This document shows, piece by piece, positions 13,876 through 23,687 of a DNA stretch of 64,000 nucleotides. Position numbers and translations under genes: made by a program. The number at the start of each line of letters is the position of its first letter. Within the stretch, counting starts at the first letter, position 1. Source of the stretch: Ramazzottius varieornatus (Eukaryota; Animalia; Tardigrada); contig BDGG01000005.1 in assembly GCA_001949185.1 (NCBI GenBank), positions 2,767,972 through 2,831,971 of the forward strand, in the 5' to 3' direction. Under the pieces are notes generated by a model. The model did not search any database and was not told where the DNA came from. It saw only the letters and a program-made list of their open reading frames with translations.

Positions 13876-14163
13876 AAGATTTCCCTCACCACCCAGCCGA
13901 AGTCCGGCCAAGCAATCGAATTCGAACGACACCCTTGAAAACCCAACTTTTTTACCTAGCCTCGTTTCCAGTTAGTCCACTCAAGCTTGCCAGTTGTACA
14001 TTTACGCTGCGTTGCCTGCTGTAATTTATTGAGCAGCTGAGCTTTTGCTTTCGCCTTCGGCTTATATCTGTGATTGTGGCTTTATTTTTCTCTCCGGTTT
14101 TAACCTGCAATTTCGTGCGTGCAAATTTATCCAATAAGTGTTAGCAACCATATCGTTTTCCAG

Positions 14164-14295
14164 GACTATTCATCGCGGGCTTCGGCTGTGAAAGACGTCA
14201 TAGCGGATGCATCGGATGCCATCGGACGGGCAACCAACAACCGCAGCTCTAGCAGTGGATACAACTATCGTACACGCTACGTTCCGCGCTACTAA
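14164..14295 (+). CDS. nhl-1: Probable alternative terminal exon of the TRIM-NHL gene (NHL-less isoform)
   Basis: Acceptor TTTTCCAG followed by phase-0 open frame DYSSRASAVKDVIADASDAIGRATNNRSSSSGYNYRTRYVPRY*. The S/R/Y-rich composition resembles the linker. It is compatible with the phase-0 donor at 11730, and AATAAA follows at about 14504. Confidence 0.55.
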   Translation, partial: DYSSRASAVKDVIADASDAIGRATNNRSSSSGYNYRTRYVPRY

Positions 14296-14796
14296 ACCTT
14301 CTTCTCATCCAAGATATTTCTACGCAAGATAACCTATTGTTTGATCAGCGACTTACCTCGAGCTTTTTTGGACAGAGCTTTTAACGTCACAATGGTTTTA
14401 CGGCGATTGCAGAACCATGTTCATTTCACCACGTACAGTTATGCACGAGTCCATAGTACACTGTGTCTCGTACTTTCGGTACGCTGGTATCTGCAATATC
14501 CAGAATAAAATGTGACTCTACAAATTGGTGGTCGTCTCCCCATTCTTGCAACGGGACACGCGGTCGCCGGTCGGTATTTGTTGGCACCGACAGAGGCCGC
14601 AAGGGCGTAATACTTTATGCTTGATAAGTTTTCCGTGGGAGAGGGATGAAGACTCCTTTTCTCAGGTTGATAAGCTGCATCCATCCGTGAACTACACGGG
14701 AGGAAGACGGATTCCACGTCTGTACCGGTTCCATTAGCCCACCAACTCAATCCGAAATTCACCGTCAGATTCCAGGTTAAAAAAGACGCATCTTCT

Positions 14797-14916
14797 GCCT
14801 GCGACCATACCACGTAGAATGCTCCCGATCCCGTTCGATCTCGGAAGATAAGCTACGTCGGGTCCGGTTAGTACTTAGATGGGTGACCGCTTGGGAACAC
14901 CGGGTGTTGCAGGCTT
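14797..14916 (+). rRNA. 5S rRNA gene (single dispersed copy)
   Basis: 120 nt from GCCTGCGACCATACCACG through GATCCCGTTCGATCTCGGAAGATAAGC and TTAGTACTTAGATGGGTGACCGCTTGGGAACACCGGGTGTTGCAGGCTT. The ends are complementary and a T-run Pol III terminator follows. Confidence 0.96.
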
Positions 14917-15459
14917 CTTTTTACCGAAACGTACTAATTTGCTCACCTTCTGATACGCTTTCTTTCCGCTGAATTAGGCTGAATTTTTTTTCGTTCTGGG
15001 TTATTCTTCCGGTGTAGTTTTGAGCAGATACGAATGAGTGAGCTTCAAATCTTCCAGATCGCGCGAGTACGTCAAGCGGACGAATAAGTGTTCCAGCTTT
15101 GTAGAAACCGTCCTGGCAAATTAATACCAAGGACGACAGGGTACCTCGTACGACCGTGTTGAAACTGTGACGCCACCCAGTGCGATATCTGGGAATGCCA
15201 AAGCCTGATTGTTATACCGGCCACGTGGTAACCGGTCTATAAACAAATGTTCTATTGTCACGTGCCAAGCTTCGATATTGCGAATCGAGGGACTATGACG
15301 TCATGTGCTTGTATTTTGAATTTCGTTTGACGAGCGAGAGAAAATTCTAGTCTGTTGATTTCCAATCCACAGCGAACCGTGCGGAATCACCGAAAAGTCC
15401 CTCATTCCATCTGACTTCTTCTGCCTTTATCTCGTCTTCTGCCAGGATTATCCAAGAAG

Positions 15460-16818
15460 ATGTCGACCAAACAGTAAGTAGAGCTTGTCCTCAGCTTCTT
15501 TTCGGACTACAAGTGATCGTTGTTTGCTGTAGCGGAACGCCACAGACGACAGGCGGCACCGGAGCTGGATCTGGCAAGCAAGCCAAATCCGCCAGTGCTT
15601 CCAAGACAGATGGGGCCCAAGCTTCCAAGGGAGGAAAGCTTCCTCTTGTTCCAGAAACCTTGTTGAAGAAGAGGAAGCAAGCGGCAGCATCCCAGGCCAA
15701 GGCTGTGCGTAACGCTGTGAAGAGACGTCAAGTAAGATAAGAAACTAGAAATTTTTTGATTGTGACGGTGAGGGAAGTTATCTCTTGATTGTGTCATTCC
15801 AGCAAGCAAAACTGAAGCGAACAGTCATCTTCAAGAAGGCAGAGAGGTACATCAAGGAGTACCGATCGAAGGAACGTGATGAGATCAGACTGAAGAGACA
15901 GGCTAAGAAGAGCGACAACTTCTACGTGCCAGATGAGCCCAAGTTGGCTTTTGTGGTCCGTATCAAGGGGTAAGAAGCAAGTTTATCCATCTAAGAATGT
16001 TCTCCTATGATCCTGTTCGCTTCTTCTAAAGTATGGGATGAGTTGAGGAAGAGAGAATCCGGTTTCTGGTCGAGTGAAAATCACTGAAGGCTAAAAAATA
16101 CTGGAATTTGTTGAATTGCTTATTCGGTTGATTTTTGATTGCATGTCTCTGGACCGTTAAATCAATCAACTGACCGTTTGGTTGATTCTCTAGTGTCACC
16201 GGTGTGTCGCCCAAACCAAGGAAAGTCATGCAGCTGTTCCGTATCCGTCAGATCAACAACGGAGTATTCATCAAGCTCAACAAGGCTACCTTGAACATGC
16301 TGAGACTTGCGGATCCTTATATCACCTGGGGGTAAAGACAATTACGTCTGGGAAGGACTTCCGGTTGTTGGTACTTCGTAGGTAATAAAACAAAACACGA
16401 ACGAATGGTATTTATCTTCCAGATATCCCAACCTGAAGACTATCCGTGACTTAGTGTACAAACGTGGCTTTGCTAAGGCTCAGGGCCGTCGTATGCCACT
16501 CAGTGACAATGCCATCATCGAGAAAGCTCTTGGTAAGAAAGAATGAAAGATATTTCTTTTCAGAACTTTGTGAGTTTTGTTAGTTGATTGATTAGTGTAT
16601 TGATTGTAGGAAAATTCGGCATCATTTGCATCGAAGATTTAATCCATGAAATCTTCACTGTCGGTCCCCACTTCAAGCAAGCCACGAACTTCCTGTGGCC
16701 CTTCAAACTGAACAACCCCACTGGTGGATGGAGAAAGAAGACCACTCATTTCGTGGACGGCGGAGACTCTGGCAACCGAGAAGACAAACTGAACACTCTC
16801 ATGCGAAAAATGATTTAA
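15460..16818 (+). CDS. RPL7: 60S ribosomal protein L7 (uL30), 6 exons
   Basis: [94 protein letters not shown]. Confidence 0.97.
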
Positions 16819-17154
16819 ATGTTTACATTCATTCTTGTCTTCTGGCTTGAGGGTCCTCTTTGTAGCGGAAGCAGCCATCTTTCGGCTGACTGCTCGAGCT
16901 TTTCTTCGAATGGAGGAAATCGTAGTAACATCGAACATCGTGGAATCACAGACCATGAAGTTAAAAGTGCGGAAAAAACTCGAACTGGGATTTCGGTTTA
17001 GGACCTACGCAGGCGAAGAAATTCGATCGTTTTTCAAAGTGACGCACTTTTGCGGCCGTCAAAACTGAAACGTGCCCACTTGGAAACCACTTTCGAGTTT
17101 CTTTGTCAATCACTTAGTTGACCTGGTAATTTTATTGGGATCACCGCATTGAAG

Positions 17155-19086
17155 TTAGTGGTTGTAGACGTGTTCCAGTGATTCTTTCTGAGGAATAGGA
17201 GGAAGATCATTAAGGACCGGACTTTTGGCAATTCGTAGCCGTTGTAATATGCTGCCAATCTCCAAGTTGAGAATATCCGCTTCGGCTTCCAGTTTTTCCT
17301 TGTATCGTTTCAAGTCCAGATATTTCTCTTTATCTTCAACGAATTTTTCCCTGGCTCGTTGAGCGGCTTCTTCATCTTCCAGCTTCCTCATCTCCAAAGT
17401 ACTTCGAAGGGAAATTCTGTGGTGATGATGTGGATTAGTTGCAAAGGTTGAACTCGGCAAGTGGATCGTAGTGTTCCGAAGGTGCTTCATCTCTTCCAAA
17501 AGGTTCGGGTGGGCTTCGTCGATCTTTTTCAGCGTGGTTTTATCCAGTGACCGGGTTTGTGTTAGAGCTCCTTTGTGGTGTTGCCATTTGGCGGATCCGA
17601 CTGCGACGTGTCCTTCGGCGTCGTGACCGACGAAGAGCTCCTTCATGGACCGAACAGCGGTGGGTTTGTGGTCGATGTCGGTGGGGATAGGGTCGATCTT
17701 GACTTTCTTATGTTTATTCTTTTTCTCTCCTATACTGGTATCGCGACCTCTGACAAGGACGGACTGGCGGCGACTTCCGCGGGAGAAACCATTGTACTCT
17801 CTGTATTTCGTCGAGCCTTTGCGCGGGTTTGGCAGTCCTAGAAACCTGTACGACAGAAGAAATGTAGAAAATGGGCAGAAAACATTTCCTCACCCTCCAT
17901 TACTTTTCCCCCAGCGCATGAGAATAAGATACAGTGTACGACAAAATTAACCGTTAAAAAAGGGCGTAACACTCCAGCTGGCTAATGACTTAGCCAATGA
18001 GAATTAGGTTTCACCGCATGCGCAAATTTCAATGGCTGTAACCATCTGGCTCCATACACCATTTTTTAATGGTTTATTTAACGTACACTGTAGTGGAGGT
18101 TCTTACTTCCGATTGGTTCCCTCGAGGGTCGCCAAAGGTACAACTTTCCGCCGATCACGAATACCACTCCGCATCCATAACCACATCAAACCTCTACCCA
18201 GATCGTTCTCCACAAATTCCGAACGCACGAAGCACACTCGGTGTGGAATATTGATGGCATCGAAATGCAGCAGTTTCTCCCGCAAAGCCATCGTTTCCAT
18301 CTCCCCAATACGCTCCCTCCAGACAGCATCCGAAGCTTCCGCCAACGGACTAGCCAACAGACATAGTAACGGGACGGATTTCAAAGCTGTTCGAGCGTAG
18401 ATGCTCCGGAAAACTCGACATACCACATCCGACATCTGCGAGATATTTTCCGCCACGAGAATGATGCAATCGGTGCTCCGTGACACAAAGACATCGAAGT
18501 TCTCCGTGATGGTGACTGAACCGACCTTCAGCGTAGAATGGCTCAGAAGAATCAGATCAGCCATTCCGATATAGTAAGGAGGTTTCTTTGGGTCTATTGT
18601 TGGTACGTCTTCAACCGTGAGGCTCAAAAATGCTTTGAATATCGCATCGTACAGTTTGCGAAAGGAAGGTTCGCGGCCGCGTTCGTCAAGGTCCATGCTG
18701 AATACTACCGGGTGCATGTGGTAGTCGTCAGCCGGACGAGGTCCCATCTTGTCCTTCATTTTACGGATCTTTGCGGAAAAGGGTGTATGGCTGTAGCGGT
18801 ACAGACACATTTGACGCTGGACTTCCATTGGGAGACACACGGCATTCCTGATCCCATTTGTGATAAAGTTTACACGCCGTTTCACCCGAATCTTTTCCTT
18901 GTGCGTGGTGTGCTTGAGGTCTTCCGCTTGCCGGTTAAGGCGCGCTCGGAACTTGATGAGATCTCCCGAGTTCTGGAACCGATTAATGGTTTCGCTGACA
19001 CGGCGAGCCGCATCATCGGTGCGCTTTTTGATCAGAAAGTTAGCTTCGTCCACCGAATTGCGAATCTTTCGTCGGACTTTGTCCAT
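17155..19086 (-). CDS. Uncharacterised protein of about 556 aa with a degenerate Arf/Arl-like domain and C-terminal coiled coil; exons 19086-18107 and 17845-17155
   Basis: A phase-2 GT-AG join keeps the frame between the two long ORFs. Paralogous to 20163-21434 (LYDAIFKA, CIILVAE, VPLLCLLA, GLMWLW). Confidence 0.7.
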
Positions 19087-19936
19087 TTATTACAGACGGT
19101 AAAAGCATCGCATCCGTACATGGTGGTTCTCGTTACAAAGACTATAACTGAAAGGAAAATTGCTTGACGAAACATTCCTTGACAACCAAACCGTGCTTTC
19201 ACTGAAAACTTTCCGCATGTCCGAAGCTGAAGTTACGGCCACAGTGGAGATAGAACCACAGTAGACTAACCGGCGGATGGGCAGATGTGACAAAACCTTT
19301 CATAATGCGCTGCACTACTCTGGGCCAAGCATCCTTGGTTTCCGAACTGAACCCAAAACCATTCAATCAAGGTCAGTGACAGAACTCTAGCGAGAACAAA
19401 ATGAAAGGCTTTCGTACCCATCGATCAGCTGGAGGACATGAGCTAACACGGCATCTTGACAAATAAACGATCACGCTGTCTTGGTTATCTGCTCGGCTTG
19501 GAAATTAAGTTAAACGCTCAAGCGGTAAGCATAATCGACCACAAAATGAAACGGGCCAGGGTTTTCAGACCTGGTAGGGGTATTCCGATCATCTGGATCC
19601 TGGGCAGAAAGCACTTATTAGTTTTCTGGACGTCGATAACAAACCGAGCATCTGGTTCAGACATTACGCGGAACCAAATCTGGCCTGCCTGTGAATCTTT
19701 GCCGTGGAAGAGGTCAGACGCTGGCGGCTAAAGTGCAGTTATTGATCGTGGTGTAATAACTCGGATAGAGAAACAGGTCGTACCGAAGAAACCATGCAGG
19801 TAGCGACAACCAAGTTGGCGTAAATACCTTGCTGATAGTCGTCTTTTGTGTGAATTCGAACCCTTTTCCAGAATCCAGATCACTGCATTCGTATGCGTTT
19901 TGTTGATCAACAACGTCCCGTGATTGAACTCGAGTA

Positions 19937-20212
19937 CAGGAGGAGTAAGCATGTGTGACCCAGTGAGGAAATGTGTGACNNNNNNNNNNNNNNNNNNNNN
20001 NNNNNNNNNNNNNNNNNNNNNNNNNNNNNACATGTATCATGTATGCATTACGTTAACAGAAACACTTTTTATGTAAGATGGACAACACTATAATTCGTTA
20101 CGTCATAGGCTTTATTTTAATTACGAGTGTCTCATGCTTTTCTATGGATGCGCCGTCTGAGACTACTGGGTCACACATTTCCTCACTGGGTCACACATGC
20201 TTACTCCTCCTG
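19937..20212. mobile_element. Tc1/mariner-type MITE spanning the assembly gap
   Basis: TA on both sides (19935-19936, 20213-20214). The 43 readable bases at 19937-19979 are a perfect inverted copy of 20170-20212, begin with CAG, and contain internal TGTGTGAC direct repeats. Confidence 0.8.
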
Positions 20213-21434
20213 TACCAAATTTTCCATTGGTGTGTGGAAGATGTTTCAGCCAGCTTCGTGTCACTGCATTGAAGCTTTCTGCTAGATGGATGTCAATGAA
20301 TTCACCCCTAAGGATTCTTGGAAGTTTGTCACGGAGACTTGGAACGCTCACCAACGAGGAGGTAAGAAGTGTTTTCTGCATACCCAAATCCTCCGACTCC
20401 TGTTCTTCTTTAAACAAATAATTCTGCAGAGCGGTGTTCAATCTAATCGCTCTTCTGAGTTTCTTCTGCGCCTCGTACAGATCCCGACTGCACTTCCTTT
20501 TTGATCCAGCGTCGCGTTTCGGAAAATCCATCTTCAGTACGGTCGTCCTTCCCTCTTCGCGATCTGGTTTCACTGGAAGTTCCAACGAGAAGTCAGGTAC
20601 GGTCAGATCGTTCAAAGACTTCGAACGTTCAGAGAGGTAGTCCACTTTGCAACCGTGTTCCGTCAGGATGAAACCCTCCGACTTCACTTTGTAGAGACTT
20701 TTCCAGTTCTTCCCCCTCTTCTTAACGCACTTTTCTTGATTAAAATCGAAGACAGTTTTTTGAGGACATGCACAAGCAAGATCGTGTTCGGAGTGAGGCA
20801 ACACCGTTTGAGATGTCTGAAATGTTCCTGTGGTTCTCCACAACCATTCCAAACCATCTCGTACATCCTTATTGATAAACTTTTTCTGCATTCGACAAGC
20901 TTTGGTCTTTACAACCGTTCTGCTGGCTTCCTTGTCGAGAATCACTTCTATCGCTAAGGCATTCAAAGATTCCTCCACAACACATCGGTGATTTTTTCGC
21001 AGAATTTCGACCATACGATTGGCCAACAGAAACAAAACAGGTTTACCAGCGAGGAACTTTTGCTGTAGGAATATACGGATAGCTCGTCGGACAATGTCCG
21101 AGACAAATGCGATGCCTTCAGCTACAAACACAATGCAGTTGCTGTACTGTGCGATCGCATGTTCAAATTCATGGCTGACCATCAGCTCTTTGCACGAGCC
21201 CAGAGACTTCCAGTTTAGCATCAGCCAGTTCGACTGATCAATAAGGGGCAGGTCCGAACCATGACGGCGATTTGGCTGTTGAGTCGCTTTCGATATGGCG
21301 TCGTAAAACATGTGGAAGATAGACAGAGGTTTATCCGGCTGACGGGTGGTTAGCTCGAAGTCCAGACAAATCAGCACTGGGTTCATCTGGTATCCAGCAG
21401 GCGGAAGTGACTTGCCTCGTCTCCACAGCTGCAC
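20163..21434 (-). CDS. Uncharacterised protein with a degenerate Arf/Arl-like domain and coiled coil; 3' end interrupted by the MITE
   Basis: 423-codon ORF with FYDAISKA, CIVFVAE, KPVLFLLAN and DGLEWLW. The last 16 aa are read from the MITE TIR. Confidence 0.7.
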   Translation of the reverse strand: MQLWRRGKSLPPAGYQMNPVLICLDFELTTRQPDKPLSIFHMFYDAISKATQQPNRRHGSDLPLIDQSNWLMLNWKSLGSCKELMVSHEFEHAIAQYSNCIVFVAEGIAFVSDIVRRAIRIFLQQKFLAGKPVLFLLANRMVEILRKNHRCVVEESLNALAIEVILDKEASRTVVKTKACRMQKKFINKDVRDGLEWLWRTTGTFQTSQTVLPHSEHDLACACPQKTVFDFNQEKCVKKRGKNWKSLYKVKSEGFILTEHGCKVDYLSERSKSLNDLTVPDFSLELPVKPDREEGRTTVLKMDFPKRDAGSKRKCSRDLYEAQKKLRRAIRLNTALQNYLFKEEQESEDLGMQKTLLTSSLVSVPSLRDKLPRILRGEFIDIHLAESFNAVTRSWLKHLPHTNGKFGTGGVSMCDPVRKCVTQ

Positions 21435-21884
21435 ATTGCAACACCAACAACGGAGCAGCTATAGACAGGGCCTTCAACACATACGAGGTCGGAACAAAAA
21501 GATGCGCGATAACCGATCTCTTACCACCATCAACAAACTACTGCCACTTTCCCGTGGCAACGTGACAAGGTGGCAGATATGCAGGTGCTCCAAGTCTTGC
21601 ATCCAATTACTACCTGTGCATAGTTTCCCTTTCACAACATAATAAGTTTGTCAGGCCGGATAGATATGGAGAAGAAGCGAAAGGTTCGGGAGATGCGCAG
21701 CGTCTCGTAGGCGTGGTCATATGGAACATCGGCGCACAGGTGCCATGCTGCTGTTACGACCACAAGTTACGCTTGCTACCGCTGTTACGTACACCATTGT
21801 TCACTGTTATAATTACTACAGTTGTGGATCTAAAATTTGTATAAAGTATCTTGTATAAACTACAGTGCCACGAAAGTAGCGTAA

Positions 21885-23687
21885 CTAATATGTGCAATTC
21901 AGAAATTCCAGACAGCCAGTTGAGATTTTTTGAGTAGTTGCATCTGTTAGTGCGACTGAGATCCTGCTGTTTTCCATCCTGGACCACATCGCCATGTCCT
22001 GCTTTTGGTCTTGGATTTGGTAGATGAACAAGACGTAGGTTAGAAGAACGCCGGTAATCTGAAACAACATGGCCAATGCGCTGTTGCTTGTTTAAAGTAG
22101 CAATGTTGACAGTCAAACAGTTGTCCAAGTACTCACACTGATTACAAATTCCCGCGTGATGTAGAAGAAGCCTCCGGCGGTCAATGCGACTCGAGAACCT
22201 TGCAGCCGTGCAACAAAGGACGAGCACAGGAACTTGTCTTCATCCGTAGTAACACGTAGGTCTAGTTCGTACAGATGAGGAAGCACTGCGTGTGCCTGTG
22301 ACCAAACATAGAAGTTTCAGAAGAGTATAGTGGGAAAAAAGGGAGCTAGTAATCTGTCGTACTGTCGTACAGTACCTTCTCGGTCAACCAGACACCGAAG
22401 CCAGTTCGCAGAATGCCGTGGAATGTCGATACGCCAACTAGAGCCAAGAAGACCGGCAGCACTTCCTTGTCGATCGTGCTAGCTGGATCGCCTAGCTCTT
22501 GGGTGAGAACCAACGAGGAAGTGGCAATGAACCCCATGAAGTCTACTGTGTACATCAAGAGCAGAATGGAAGAGAAGGCTTCGTCCGCGAACAGCACCAG
22601 CTTGGAAAGCTCCAAATGGAAGCAAGCCTGAATGCGAAGAAAGTCTTTATCAGTGATCTGATGAGCTTCCGGTTCGCAACTTGAGATGGTGGTCAATGCG
22701 GAAGGCGGAGCGGTGACATCCGAGCTGATAGCTTTCTGGATTGACTTGTTGAAGCGATCAAAGCGCGCTCCCACGGGGTAAGAGAGTAGCATAATGAAGA
22801 GTTGCGGGAAGATATCTACGCCCACTTCAATGATGAAACCCAGGCAGTACAGAATGAATGCCGCCCATAAGGGGATGTCACCGATGAAGGGAAAGTGACT
22901 TGAACATGTCCATCCGCAATGTTTGTCCAGTCCCGCCCACTGTAACGAAAATTTACTTTGACCAATAGTCAACTACAGGGTTTATGCCGTAAGATATCTG
23001 CGATAAACAGTGAGCGTACTTTTTTCTCGCTGATGAGCGAGAAGCAATAATAACACGAGATTAGAAGAATTCCGAGGGAAGAAACTCCAGCAATCCATAA
23101 GAAAACCGCCAGGATATTGACTTTTCGGCGAAGATCCGAGCTGAACTTCTGCGATGTCACTGGTACCGAACAAACTTTACCAATTTCTTCAATCAGCGCA
23201 GAAATTTTCTTGCGCTGGAAGAAGAGCTTGAAGAGCACGACAACATTCTTCACCGTGTACATCATACGATACATGGACACAGCTAGGGCAGTGAACTCGA
23301 GCGAGGATAAGCGATTCTTGTAGTGTTCCACCGATTTCGTCGCGTCCACTGTAAAACACGTCAGCGCTAATCAAAATCTGGCTTCTAAGACCCAAGAAGT
23401 TGGAAGCTACCTGCAACAAGAGTGATGGTGGCGATGATCAGGTCGAGCTGCCATGTAGCCGACAACCAGCTGGTGCAGTGCTTGATGCGGGAGCTGAACC
23501 ACGTCCCTGATGGTAGAACCCCGAAAAATTGTACAAAGGCTAGCAGCAACGACACACCGATGCTGTCCCACAGATGACCCGCAGTTCCAATGTGGGGGTC
23601 CGCAATATCGGCAGTGGGATGGGCGGTGTCCGTGCTGTGGCCATCCAGAATCAAACGGTTACTTCCGCTACTGTGCGAGTATTCCAT
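21885..23687 (-). CDS. Gustatory receptor family 7TM chemoreceptor (multi-exon)
   Basis: Multiple hydrophobic helices; N-terminal FFGVLP; C-terminal signature LFQITGVLLTYVLFIYQ (TY-x5-Q) preceded by CLTVN; phase-0 introns near the 3' end, as is typical of GRs. Confidence 0.85.

Noticed and set aside
16040-16090. GAGGAAGAGAG resembling U3 snoRNA box C'
   Set aside because: No U3 box A/A' 5' domain, and the region is too short.
18538-19167. Long opposite-strand ORFs (also 5119-5703, 31981-32505, 47291-47833, 54946-55389)
   Set aside because: Antisense shadows of real coding exons with no recognisable motifs.
3899-23040. CTGATGA motifs (about 3899, 22658, 23030) as hammerhead ribozyme cores
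   Set aside because: No stem II followed by GAAA in the required arrangement.
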